From the NCBI GenBank assembly GCA_002269645.1, contig NIVC01000038.1:558001-622000 (forward strand): DNA of 64,000 bases, written 5' to 3'. Position 1 is the stretch's first letter. Each line of letters begins with the position of its first letter. Under the pieces are notes generated by a model that ran no database searches, was not told the origin of the DNA, and saw nothing but the letters and a program-made list of their open reading frames with translations. This DNA is from Macrostomum lignano. Lineage: Eukaryota. The translations under genes and the position numbers were made by a program. This document shows positions 1 to 11,530 of the stretch, piece by piece.

Positions 1-2582
1 GCGGCCAAGTCTAAAAGCGCCAACTCAAAAGTGGGATCCATATGAGTTGGGCGCTTAAATAGCATGTTCTGTTCTTCGTCTATCGTTAGTGTGTCGGTAT
101 AATGCTTGATAAATAGTTTCTCAGTTTTTCTCGTGATGATGTTTAGGCTGAGTGCCGCGCGAAACAGCTTTTTGGAATTCATTTTTAGTGCTCTGATAAG
201 AACTGTTATGTCTTTATTTTTACTGTTTGTATTACAGCCCTTTAGTATGGACACCAAAGTCATTTTCGCCGCTGACCTGTTGGGAAGTTTAAGCGCCCTT
301 TTCGGCCGATCTAGAAGGCACAATATGTCCGTCATGTCGATTTCTTTTTGAGCATTCTGAACTACATCTAAGACTTGACTTGACTTCTGTTTTTTTTTGT
401 ATTCCTGGACAGCTTGAAGGAGGACGTATAAGTTTCCTCTTTCACTGGCATAGTCAAAGCATGTTTGCCCTGAATGCGATTCGCTCCAGAGACTCAATCC
501 TTTTTCAAGCAGGCAAATTATATTTTCCTGGTGTCCGTAGGCGCAAGCAAAGTGCAAGCAGGTCTCTCCGTGCTGCGAATCGTTGCAAGATTGTAGCTTT
601 ACTTTTTTGTTAAGCAGGGTCACTGGAGAACTTTTCGATAACTTTTCAATACTATCCAACAATGGCTGCTCTAGCATGTACCGACCTGAAAATGTGTGAA
701 TTATGTGAGCGCCAGTCGTTGAATTGACCAAAAGTTTATCGAAGTGACTCCTGGCAGTTTCGTCCACAGCAACTTTATCCAGCAGCTTGCGGAGCACCAG
801 AGCATCCAGCTTTGTTGCGTGCAGGCAGTTCAGACTGAGATTGTTGGTGGCTTCCACATCTACTCCCTTGCTGACGAGCAGCTTGAATCGATTCAAAAGG
901 TGCTGCTCCAAACCAGCATATGTTAATTTGCTCTGCATCAGCGAATGTAGCAAAGTGTTTCCTCCTGCGTCGGTGCGACGGAGCTCATCAGTTGTCATCT
1001 CTTGGATGATTTTGGTAAAGTTCTGTGTCTCGACAGAAGTTTTTTTTGCTGACTCTCCGCCCGAACCAAAATTGTCCATCACGTCGATTGCCAGCTGAAG
1101 CACTGATTGACTTTTGTTATTTCGTCTGCTTAAAGTTCTCTTCATTTCATTTTTATTTTCTGGAAGCATAAACTCTAACAGTTCGCTTTTATCTTTTCTT
1201 TTTGCAGCAATGTGGAAGATTGTGTTGCCCACTTTGTCGGCAGTCTGAAGGTTTTCGACTTTTGTTATCCTCTTAAGCAGCTCTCGAACTGTTTCCAAGC
1301 TGCAATTTTCAACAGCGTAATGAAGAACGGTAGATTGGTGCTTGTTTTTTTCCATGAGACAGTCGGGAAGGTCATTCGACCGACTTTCTGTTTGAGATTG
1401 GTCAGCAGTTTGGTCTTTGTCGCGCTGATTTTGTTCTATGGCGGCTTTTGTGGCGCTTTCTGGGCCCTGAGCCACCGCTGGGTCAGAAGTCTGGTCTTTG
1501 TCGCGCTGACTTTTTTCTACATTTATGGCGGCTTGAACTACTTTCAGAAGCGCAGAATTTTTTTGACCGCTTTCTGGGCGCTGAGCCACTGCTGGGTTAG
1601 CAGTCAGGTCTTTGTCGCTCTTACTTTGTTCTATGGCTTTGACAGCTTCCAGAAGCACTGCATCTCTTCCTGGGCGCTGAGCCAGCGCATGCAGACATGT
1701 GTTGCCCTGCTTGTCCTTTAATTTGTACCAATTCGGCAGCAAATCATCTAAGCGTTTAATAAGTTCGGTTGCTACTTTCTCGTTGTTGTGCTGGAGGGCC
1801 AAGTGTAGAACTGTTTCTCCCAGCTCGTTTGTCTTTTTCAACCAATCTTTTTCGCTCCGTGAAGTCACCTGCAGCAAAAGCTTAATGGCATTTATTTCGT
1901 TTTTAGCTGCGAAATGAGCAATGGTATTGCGATCGATATCTTTTTTGTCAAGTATGTCCTTTGCCTTACCAATTCCGTTAATGATCTCTTTAATAACTTG
2001 CTTTTCGCAATACTGAAGTGCATAGTGCAATACTGTTTCATGTCTGTTGTTTTTCCATTTCCAACAAACTCTTGAAGCGACTTTCTGCACTGTAAGCACC
2101 ATTCGGCATTCATTCTTATTTTGAGTAGCCCAGTGGGCGCAAGTGTTTCCCTTAGCGTCTCTCAACCTAAACAGGGTGACCGTTTTCACCGCTTTGAAAT
2201 TATTTTCCCAAGACTGAGCTGAGTGATAGCGGGCTGACAGATGCAAAGGAGTGACCTTGTCAAGGTCAGAATGCGTGAGGCAGTCTGGTCCGAATTTCTC
2301 GATGAGTTTAGTAAGTGCATCTTCTCCATTCTGATGCATGGCTGCATGATGAGCGGCTGTTCTGCGATTGTCGTCATGTAGCAGTTTCAGATCACCTGAC
2401 GCGGCAGGTTCAGTTCTTAAAATGCCAAGGACGTATTCGAACTCGCCTTTACTTGCAAGTAGAAGCAGCCTCGTGCTTGGATCTTGTTCAACTGCATCTG
2501 TTCTCCATAAACTAAGGGTATTTTTCATAGACAAAACATTTCTAGCTGCGAGCTGGAACTTTGTAGCTGCACTGTCCGCCAT
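1..2582 (-). CDS. Ankyrin-repeat TRP channel, copy 1 (N-terminal ~860 codons; runs off the left window edge)
   Basis: ATG at 2582 (MADSAAT...), aligned to copies 2 and 3. Frame checked by hand at 361-420 (LQAVQEYKKKQK) and 1-60 (FKRPTHMDPTFELALLDLA); both match the ATG frame. It is missing from the ORF track, consistent with no stop inside the window. Splice acceptor TTTGCAG ends at 2623, ~40 nt upstream of the ATG. Confidence 0.9.
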   Translation of the reverse strand, partial: MADSAATKFQLAARNVLSMKNTLSLWRTDAVEQDPSTRLLLLASKGEFEYVLGILRTEPAASGDLKLLHDDNRRTAAHHAAMHQNGEDALTKLIEKFGPDCLTHSDLDKVTPLHLSARYHSAQSWENNFKAVKTVTLFRLRDAKGNTCAHWATQNKNECRMVLTVQKVASRVCWKWKNNRHETVLHYALQYCEKQVIKEIINGIGKAKDILDKKDIDRNTIAHFAAKNEINAIKLLLQVTSRSEKDWLKKTNELGETVLHLALQHNNEKVATELIKRLDDLLPNWYKLKDKQGNTCLHALAQRPGRDAVLLEAVKAIEQSKSDKDLTANPAVAQRPESGQKNSALLKVVQAAINVEKSQRDKDQTSDPAVAQGPESATKAAIEQNQRDKDQTADQSQTESRSNDLPDCLMEKNKHQSTVLHYAVENCSLETVRELLKRITKVENLQTADKVGNTIFHIAAKRKDKSELLEFMLPENKNEMKRTLSRRNNKSQSVLQLAIDVMDNFGSGGESAKKTSVETQNFTKIIQEMTTDELRRTDAGGNTLLHSLMQSKLTYAGLEQHLLNRFKLLVSKGVDVEATNNLSLNCLHATKLDALVLRKLLDKVAVDETARSHFDKLLVNSTTGAHIIHTFSGRYMLEQPLLDSIEKLSKSSPVTLLNKKVKLQSCNDSQHGETCLHFACAYGHQENIICLLEKGLSLWSESHSGQTCFDYASERGNLYVLLQAVQEYKKKQKSSQVLDVVQNAQKEIDMTDILCLLDRPKRALKLPNRSAAKMTLVSILKGCNTNSKNKDITVLIRALKMNSKKLFRAALSLNIITRKTEKLFIKHYTDTLTIDEEQNMLFKRPTHMDPTFELALLDLA

Positions 2583-3549
2583 TGAAAGAGGCTTTTGATG
2601 CCGCTGATTGACAGGTAAGGATCTGCAAATAAGTGTTAGATACTTTTTAAAAATCGGGTAAATATCATTTATCTTGGATGCAAAGTTATTGTACAAAATT
2701 ACATAACTCGTACGAGCTACATAAATTTTTACCATGCCATTTAATAATAAAAACACTTGCGCCCGTAAGCAAAACGTCTTCTCTTTTTTTACTTCTGCTT
2801 CTAGAAATGCGTCAGACTCTCTCCAATTAGCAGGTTTTCTGCTACAATTCCTGTTTATGACCTTCGAATGTCACGCTCCTAAACGGTAGTAACACCTGGC
2901 CATTTTCAATGGCTACCAATGGTAGGGGATTCTTCCTGGCAATTTTCTTTACTGTGCCGGAACGAAGCGGAACACGAAGTTCAAGAACACGGACCAATTT
3001 TTTGTTGTCACCTTCTCAAACAAGAATCAAGTCGCCGGCCCTCTGGACCGTTGAGATATTCAACGATTCTGCCATTAGCCTCAGTTCGGCTTCTCCAAGC
3101 CTCCAAATTTCATCAGTACGTCGACCACATTACAATTACATGAGTCTGCGTCGGATCTGACTTGTTTAGTCACTGGCATTTAACTAGGCGGATCTTCTGG
3201 ACCTTCAACAGGTAGCACCAGGTAACTATGTGTGACGTTGTCAGTTGAGGTGGCCCCGACCAGGGCCGTTTTAGCGAAAGCAGTGCCATTCTATAATATT
3301 GTTAATTTGATGGTCTCGTACTCTTACGTCTGCTTATAGTAATGCCGAAGGAATTTTAACAACATTGCGTGACGTTCGTAAAGCCTATGTACAATGCGAT
3401 CGATAATTTCTGTTTTTTCAAGTTGGTTCTCGCGCCGGCCAATGGAAAGCCGCGCATATATTATGCTAGCCTAAAATTAAGCTTTTGTCATGCACCCACC
3501 CCAGCTCACTCGTTATCAGTCCTGTCTGGCTGGGGGGCCCGGGGTACTC

Positions 3550-3590
3550 TCGCTCTCTCGCTCGCTCTCTCTCTCTCTCACTCGCTCTCC
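3550..3590 (+). repeat. (CT)n microsatellite (paralogue at ~21225-21260)
   Basis: ctcgctctctcgctcgctctctctctctctcactcgctctc. Confidence 0.85.
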
Positions 3591-5489
3591 GCCACTGCCA
3601 AGTTTGCTCGGGCAAGTCCACTCTTAAGTCACGCCACTGTCCCGAGTGGGAATCACGCCACGCCTTCACCGTCGCCACTTCATCGCCGTGGCCCATTAGC
3701 TATCGATCGCCTTTTTTGTTGCCTGCTGCAGTGCCCAGAGTGTCATAGTACGGATTCAGCACCCAACCAGGCCCAGTCCCACTCTCATATTGCCTACAGA
3801 AACCTATAGCGAGCGGGTCTAGCTGACCATAATAAATTGTTGCCATCGGCCATAACCTAACAATTACATTGACTGCGGTTAATTCTGAGTGCTACCGCTA
3901 CACAATTTGCCTCCGTTGTTATTCGCCTTCGTCATTTGATCCTGGGACAGTGTGCCTTTAAATCGTCACAATGGACACTGTTGCGAATTTCTAAAGTTTC
4001 GCTGATAAAGTCTCGACAGTCGGCAACCCTCAACTGCTGGACATCATCAGCCAGTCTCTCAAGTATTCCGTCACAAACCCCAACAACGTCGGCACATTCA
4101 AAAGATTAAACCTGGTGACCAAGCACACCCTGTCGCGAATTTCTCTACTTTCGCTGATACTGAATACCCTGGCACCTATGGGAAAGATCCGACCTTCTGG
4201 GAGAATCTTTGCATGTATATATAGATGTTCCGGAGGGCTGGCGACTTGATTATTGTTTGAGGTGACAACAAAAATTCATCCCGTGTTCTTGAATTTCTTG
4301 TGCCTGCGTTGCTTCGTTTAGGAGCAGCAAAAATATCGGGGGGATTCCTTAGCTAGTTCGATTGTTAATTGTCAGTGTTGAGATGTGACACGCTAGCAGT
4401 TAATTAAACTGCGTACTAATTGCGACCAACTTATTTTAAATGTTACTATTGGCCACTAATAATTTGAGCGTATGGGTATAGCTATAGTCTCTATAATTAA
4501 TTTGAAACAATTTCCAAATAAAATTGTCCAAATTTCGTGAAAATTTCGCTTTTTCCAATGTACAATCTGTAGCACTCAGGATTTTTCACCCTCATAAAGA
4601 TGTCTTTGACCCAATGTCTCGAAGCCGACAGAATCGAGACTAATACAATATGTATCGATTCTCGGTGTCATTCAAATTCTAAAGCTGTAGCCAGAAGCAG
4701 AGATTATCGCGCCAAGTATTGACTTTTTTACTAAGTAGAAGTACATTTGTGATAAAAGGCTAATATCCGCTTCAGAGACACAGAAATCCGCTTCACTTTT
4801 CACACCTAGGTTAGCATTCTATGTTGGCGCTCGATATGCTTTGTCTCAAACGACGTTCAAACGCAGGTACAAAATCGGCGGGACACAAAAGGTGTTTCTT
4901 ACGCACCGGGACACAAAAGGTGTTTCTTACGCACCGAGACCTCGTCTGGCCCCCACTACACCACTTATTGGTACATTGCTACATACTCGTACTGTACCAT
5001 CAGAATTGAATGTAACCACATCAAGATATAGTGCACATTTCCAAAATATAAAATATACTCAGCACAGTCAAAAGTACAATCCCTAGCGAGAGGCGGTACT
5101 CAAGTGTGCTTGAGGTATACCCCTAAGTTGCGTTACTTGCGGTTTGAAGACCGCTCGCTTGGGGTGCTACTTCTGACTGTTGATGAATATAAAAATGGTT
5201 TACCAGTGTTTTGTCGGTGATAGATTTCCCGAAGATTCTCATGGAGTTGTAACCTTATGGTTAGAACGTCGGACTTACAAATAAAAGGTCGACAATGGTT
5301 TGATTCTCGACCCACCCAGAACAATTTGTTTTTGATTAAATCTGCATTGCTTCAGTTCACACAGCTGTCAAATGAGTACCAACATTAGCTGGGGTAATTG
5401 AGGGTGTAATTATCAGCCCTACTAATAGTAATGTATGAATTTTACTGCCTTTCATAGGTAACAGGAAAATTAATGCTCTGCTGACTCAC

Positions 5490-5567
5490 CTTTACCGCCT
5501 CAGAAGGCTTCAAGCCTAGGCGAGACCTGCAGTATTGTATAGTAGGAAGTTCAAGCGCTGTTTCTTT
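5490..5567 (-). other. Putative non-coding 5'UTR exon of TRP copy 1 (paralogues 23159-23235 and 49088-49167)
   Basis: Minus-strand acceptor TTTTCAG (TTTTTAG in copy 3) and donor AAG|GTGAGT are conserved in all three units, including the diverged copy 3. No ATG in the copy-1 exon. Confidence 0.6.
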
Positions 5568-7649
5568 CTGAAAATTAAACATTGTTTTCCAACATTGTAG
5601 CTGATGAACATGATAAGTTTGCCATGAACTTATTAGAGCCTTAGGTGCTGTAGGTAGTTAAAAGTACAAATTCACTATAAGTACAAATACAAAATAATAT
5701 GGAAAAGAATCTTCAAGAAAATCATCCATCTTTAAAATGAGTAAAGTAATGACAAAGAACTTAATACTACAGTTGCAGTTTTAGTCAAGATATTACTAAG
5801 CTAAAGCTCGCTTCGCTTGTCTTGAGCTTGTCTAGATCGCCACGAAATACCGTATATAAAAGGCTGACAAAACGACAAACTAAAAATACGCGAAGCAAAT
5901 ACAGCTCTGAAACCTAAATAAATCATTTTAATAAACTTTTATTTATTAGTCTACTAATAGTAGCAATATAAGAAAAATACACTAACAGTATCCAAGCACA
6001 AAAATATGCTCAATAATTTAATTAACTGCGCTACTTAACTAGTCGCTAATCACTTCTGAACAGCAGTAGTTATGTTCGGTTTCTGAGTATTGCAATTTTG
6101 ATATAGTTACTGGACGCTCTTTGCACATTCCAGTCTATTTGTTTATCCAAGAGAAATATAAAATTTTAAGAGACAATTTCGCTATAAAATACTTTGAATG
6201 CTGGTATTTTGTCCCTAATTACTATTTAGGACTATAGTGCCAGTAATACTACAGCGATAGTTAAAATTCGAAATTTAAGTATGCAAGTATCGTCACAGTT
6301 CTATCAGGACGTAACACACTCGCGTTCTTTAAAAAAAGTAAAAATAGGGAGAATTGCGCACTGATACAACCGCAACTACTTTTAGTCTATGATTGATAAT
6401 TGAGTAGAAGCGTGTAAATTTTATAAAAATTATTAAAATTATCGAGTGTATGAGAAAGTTAACCGGAAAAGTTACAGATCAGTTTCTACCATATTAGTAA
6501 ATTGAACAATTTTTGTTACTCACTGAAATAATGTGGATTTCAGAAGTCCCTCTCGAGCTGCTGGCGTGCAGCTTTGAGTTATACTTGCAGCTCGATTTGC
6601 ATCTGCTGCAGTTTTTTATCTGCTCACCAAAGGGAACTTCGGTAGCTAACAGTGTTGAGTTGAGCTGGAGTGGCTTACCGAGAGTTTTTTTAGCTCGCAC
6701 AATGCCCACTGCACCAACCCCATCATGGTCTGGCATCTAAGCATACGAAGCAATTCATCACTTCGACTATATTTCTATATGAATGGATTTTAAGTCTATA
6801 GTTTCGAGGGACCGCAGCTCTAGCTGCTGTGTCTATTCAATTATCTTTCTTTCTGTAAAAAATAGAAGTTTTTGGACTGTCAGCGTGGCAGCTTTTCTCT
6901 AGCCTTTTCTCTAGCTTTTCTCTACTCCATCTGGAAGCGTAAACTAACGCTTGAATTGTGTTTTTTTAAGCTAAACTATCGATGCACAATAGCCAGTTTC
7001 GGCACTGAGACTGCAGTCCACGGTATCTAAGAGTAAGAACGAGCGCAGCCAAGCGCAGCGGTAGACGCGCCCGAGTGTCGCGCTAAGACCCTTGGTTTGA
7101 TAGAGACAGGTGATACACAGTGTGTTCCCTTGACAACAGATATTTTTGTCTATTTTATTAAGAAGCAACTGCCTACTACAAAATAGCATAACGTTGTTTT
7201 TAATGAAGATAGGACAACTTCTCCGTAAATAGCGTTTAAAGTGTTAAAAATGTAATTTATTGAAAAATCAATATTGATTAATTTCAATGGATTGAATCCT
7301 ATTTAGTACTGAATTCTTTGTTTCCAAGTTGAAAGTTTATATCGAACATAGGCAATGAAAATCCACCTTATAAGCATAGAAATTAGAGTAAGTCTTAGTA
7401 AACCTTATTGATTATTAATTTCCAAATGTCCCACTAACGTCCCTATGCTTGCAGTGCTGTTCACTAGTTTTGAATTTTGGAATGGAAATTGAGAAGTCAT
7501 AAAATGTCACAATCTCGTTAAATATAAAAATAGAAATAATTAAAAAATTAGCACAATTTGCGTTTATTAGCTACTTCGATAGGATCATAAAAATCAAAGC
7601 AATAAATTTATAGTGTAGATGCTACGTAATACAGCACAATATCCGCCAC

Positions 7650-7740
7650 GCAATCCTCCCCATGGATGTAGTGCATCCGCCCCCCCCCCGATCCCTCGAG
7701 ATGTAATGGATCCGCCCCCGCAATCCTCCGATTATAGTGC
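7650..7740 (+). repeat. 2-3 degenerate units of the ~34-bp C-rich repeat that is expanded at 51180-51447
   Basis: gatgtagtgcatccgcccccc / gatgtaatggatccgcccccgcaatcctcc vs gatgcaatgtatccgccccccaatcctcc. Confidence 0.7.
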
Positions 7741-8028
7741 TCCTGTTCAACAGTGAATTATAATGTAGATTCCCATCAACCACTTCTAAAATACTCGTAC
7801 TAGTACGCTCGTATTCTACTACTAGTAGTAGTTGCCGTAGCAGTCATTGGTGCGATATCTGAACAAAATGAATACAAAAATAATCGCCACTCTAAATTAA
7901 TTACCTAAAAGGTGGTAATATTCTAGCTGGCTAAAAATCATATAAAACGCTATGATATAACTATTATGACTGGGACGTGTTTGATCAGTCTGTCAAAATC
8001 CATAACGTAATCATTTTATGTAGTCACT

Positions 8029-8380
8029 CCCCAGAGTGACAAAACCCTTCCCAGAGTGATAAAACCCTCCACAGAGTGACAAAACCCTCCCTAAAGTGAA
8101 GAAACTCCCCCCAGAGTGACAAAACCCTCCAAAGAGTGACAAAACCCTCCCTAAAGTGAAGAAACTCCCCCCAGAGTGACAAAACCCTCCAAAGAGTCAC
8201 AAAACCCTCCCTAAAGTGAAGAAACTCCCCCCAGAGTGACAAAACCCTCCAAAGAGTCACAAAACCCTCCCTAAAGTGAAGAAACTCCCCCCAGAGTGAC
8301 AAAACCCTCCAAAGAGTCACAAAACCCTCCCTAAAGTGAAGAAACTCCCCCCCCAGAGTGACAAAACCCTCCAAAGAGTG
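8029..8380 (+). repeat. 20-bp minisatellite organised as a 60-bp higher-order repeat (three 20-bp variants, ~5 HORs)
   Basis: ccagagtgacaaaaccctcc / aaagagtcacaaaaccctcc / ctaaagtgaagaaactcccc recur with 60-bp period. Confidence 0.95.
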
Positions 8381-9138
8381 TGTGACGATATAAGCGTGGC
8401 GGCCTCGAGAATGAGCGAAGGCAAATGAATGCGGCAGAGGCAAATTTGTAGCAGTAGCACTTGGCAGTAGTATGAGTCAACGTTAATGCGATCGATGGCT
8501 GCAGACTTGATTTATTGTCAACAAAAGTACAAGGCGTAACAATGCACTGGCGGCTACACAACAGTAAAGTAGATAGCTTAGGTAGTAGAAGTGGCGTGGC
8601 TAAGAATGGCAGAGGCGTGGCTAGAGCCGTGGCGGAGAGAGAGAAGGCAGAGGAAGAGAGAAGGTAAACAAGTAAAGGCGGCCAGAGTCTGCAGTCTACA
8701 CGGGCTCGCAAGGGTGCGAGAGTCTGAACGGAGTCTAAACAGGCAAGGGCTCCAAACGGGGTGGCGGCGGAGCAAAGGAGTCTAAAGGAGCGAAGAGGAG
8801 AGGCTCCGAACGGGTCTAAACGGGTCGCAAGTGTCTAAAGGGAGTCTAAAGCCCGAGCGCACGGCCAGGCAGAACTGATAAGGACCGGCCTGTGGGGTGG
8901 CGCGCGAGGAGAACTGAGTATAATTAATGCGCGGCTTTTCTATTGGCCGGCTGAGAAAAACAGGAACAGAAATTATCGATCGCGCGCTGTACGCAGGTTT
9001 TACAATTGTACGCAGCTGATTAAAATTCTTAGGACACTACTTTAAGCAGACGTGAGAATACGAAACCGGTAATATTAAAGATTGGTACCGTATGTCAAAA
9101 CGACCCTTGGCGGGGCTACTTAAACTGACAACGTCACA
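8381..9138. mobile_element. Solo LTR (758 bp) inserted in the 20-bp minisatellite
   Basis: Termini TGTGACG...CGTCACA (7-bp inverted repeat, TG...CA). Flanks AGTG/TGTG fit a 4-bp TSD with one mismatch. Internal ATTGG (CCAAT box). The array resumes after 9138. Confidence 0.7.
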
Positions 9139-9260
9139 TGTGACAAAACCCTCCCCAGAGTGACAAAACCCTCCGCAGAGTGACAAAACCCTCCCCAGAG
9201 TGACAAAACCCTCCGCAGAGTGACAAAACCCTCCCCAGAGTGACAAAACCCTCCCCATAG
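9139..9260 (+). repeat. Continuation of the 20-bp ccagagtgacaaaaccctcc minisatellite
   Basis: About 5-6 direct units. Confidence 0.9.
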
Positions 9261-9915
9261 TGGCGAATCTCTTCACAGTGACAAATCCATCCACAGCTAG
9301 AGATCAAAGGACTTTCCAGTGTGACAAAAATCTCTTCCCAAGGTGACAGTCTCTTGACTGGTTTACAAAAAAACAACTAACAAACGCAAATAATCAGCAT
9401 ACTATTGCGTGGCATTAGAGACAAAAAACGTGTAAAATACAAAGCGTAGAATACGAGAATAAATACTCAAAATAGTGGCAAACAACCCCAGGTTATAAGC
9501 AACCAGGAGTTAATGAGGGGTAGCCAAGATTTCAGCTGCATTCAAGCCTAAAGCCCAAAAAGAAGACATATAGACAGCACAGTTTTGCTTGTAACAGAGA
9601 TTATTAAAGCAATATTAAATAGAAATCCATTCAAAACTTAGGCAAGTTGGCAGGATGTCTGATAAGCAAAATTTTAATTCATGTCAATCACTTTTTTTCA
9701 TTAGCATAGACCTACCTGAGTTGTATTGTGCACCTCACGGCTGATCAAGCTGAGCACGGAAAGCGAAATGAAAAAACACTTAAAAGCGCAAATTAAAACT
9801 ATAAACTGGACCGCAAAGATTCAATTTGATTCTGATTGCGCCAAAAAACCACTATAGAATTTTCGCATGCCAATGTGTTTATTTATAGTACCGCTGAAAT
9901 TTTGTCATTAAGAAC

Positions 9916-11530
9916 CTGGGAGACTGGCCCAGCAACTGAGGATCTGAGAGACTGGCCCAGCAACTGAGGATCTGGGAGGCTGGCCCAGCAACTGAGGATC
10001 TGAGAGACTGGCCCAGCAACTGAGGATCTGGGAGACTGGCCCAGCAACTGAGGATCTGAGAGACTGGCCCAGCAACTGAGGATCTGAGAGACTGGCCCAG
10101 CAACTGAGGATCTGGGAGGCTGGCCCAGCAACTGAGGATCTGAGAGACTGGCCCAGCAACTGAGGATCTGAGAGACTGGCCCAGCAACTGAGGATCTGGG
10201 AGGCTGGCCCAGCAACTGAGGATCTGAGAGACTGGCCCAGCAACTGAGGATCTGAGAGACTGGCCCAGCAACTGAGGATCTGGGAGGCTGGCCCAGCAAC
10301 TGAGGATCTGAGAGACTGGCCCAGCAACTGAGGATCTGGGAGACTGGCCCAGCAACTGAGGATCTGGGAGACTGGCCCAGCAACTGAGGATCTGAGAGAC
10401 TGGCCCAGCAACTGAGGATCTGAGAGACTGGCCCAGCAACTGAGGATCTGGGAGGCTGGTCCAGCAACTGAGGATCTGGGAGGCTGGCCCAGCAACTGAG
10501 GATCTGAGAGACTGGCCCAGCAACTGAGGATCTGGGAGGCTGGCCCAGCAACTGAGGATCTGGGAGGCTGGCCCAGCAACTGAGGATTTGGGAGGCTGGC
10601 CCAGCAACTGAGGATCTGAGAGACTGGCCCAGCAACTGAGGATCTGGGAGGCTGGCCCAGCAACTGAGGATCTGGGAGGCTGGCCCAGCAACTGAGGATC
10701 TGGGAGGCTGGCCCAGCAACTGAGGATCTGGGAGGCTGGCCCAGCAACTGAGGATCTGGGAGGCTGGCCCAGCAACTGAGGATCTGGGAGGCTGGCCCAG
10801 CAACTGAGGATCTGAGAGACTGGCCCAGCAACTGAGGATCTGGGAGGCTGGCCCAGCAACTGAGGATCTGGGAGGCTGGCCCAGCAACTGAGGATCTGGG
10901 AGGCTGGCCCAGCAACTGAGGATCTGGGAGGCTGGCCCAGCAACTGAGGATCTGGGAGGCTTGGTGCCGCAGCAACTAAGGATCTGGGAGGCTGGCCCAG
11001 TAACTGAGGATCTGGGAGGCTGGCCCAGCAACTGAGGATCTGGGAGGCTGGCCCAGTAACTGAGGATCTGGGAGGCTGGCCCAGCAACTGAGGATCTGGG
11101 AGGCTGGCCCAGTAACTGAGGATCTGGGAGGCTGGCCCAGCAACTGAGGATCTGGGAGACTGGCCCAGCAACTGATGATCTGGGAGGCTGGCCCAGCAAC
11201 TGAGGATCTGGGAGGCTTGGTGCCGCAGCAACTAAGGATCTGGGAGGCTGGCCCAGTAACTGAGGATCTGGGAGACTGGCCCAGCAACTGAGGATCTGGG
11301 AGGCTGGCCCAGTAACTGAGGATCTGGGAGGCTGGCCCAGCAACTGAGGATCTGGGAGGCTGGCCCAGTAACTGAGGATCTGGGAGGCTGGCCCAGCAAC
11401 TGAGGATCTGGGAGGCTGGCCCAGCAACTAAGGATCTGGGAGGCTGGTGGCCCAGCAACTGAGGATCTGGGAGGCTGGCCCAGACACTGAGGATCTGGGA
11501 GGCTGGCCCAGACACTGAGGATCTGGGAGG
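9916..11530 (+). repeat. 28-bp minisatellite (ctggcccagcaactgaggatctgggagg)n, ~57 units
   Basis: Direct tandem units with no spacers. The 28-aa period of the spurious ORFs equals 3x28 nt. Confidence 0.97.

Larger units (their letters stand above)
1240..7200. repeat. Segmental duplication block, near-identical to ~18870-24900 (TRP N-terminus plus ~4.6 kb upstream)
   Basis: Continuous colinear match by eye, e.g. 2581-2700 vs 20290-20410, 4800-5100 vs 22490-22790, 6500-6800 vs 24150-24450. Paired ORFs in the track are nearly identical. Confidence 0.95.

Noticed and set aside
106-2598. Plus-strand ORFs overlapping the TRP copies (also ~17000-20300 and ~45000-48270)
   Set aside because: Antisense shadows of the channel CDS; they recur between copies only because the sense gene is duplicated.
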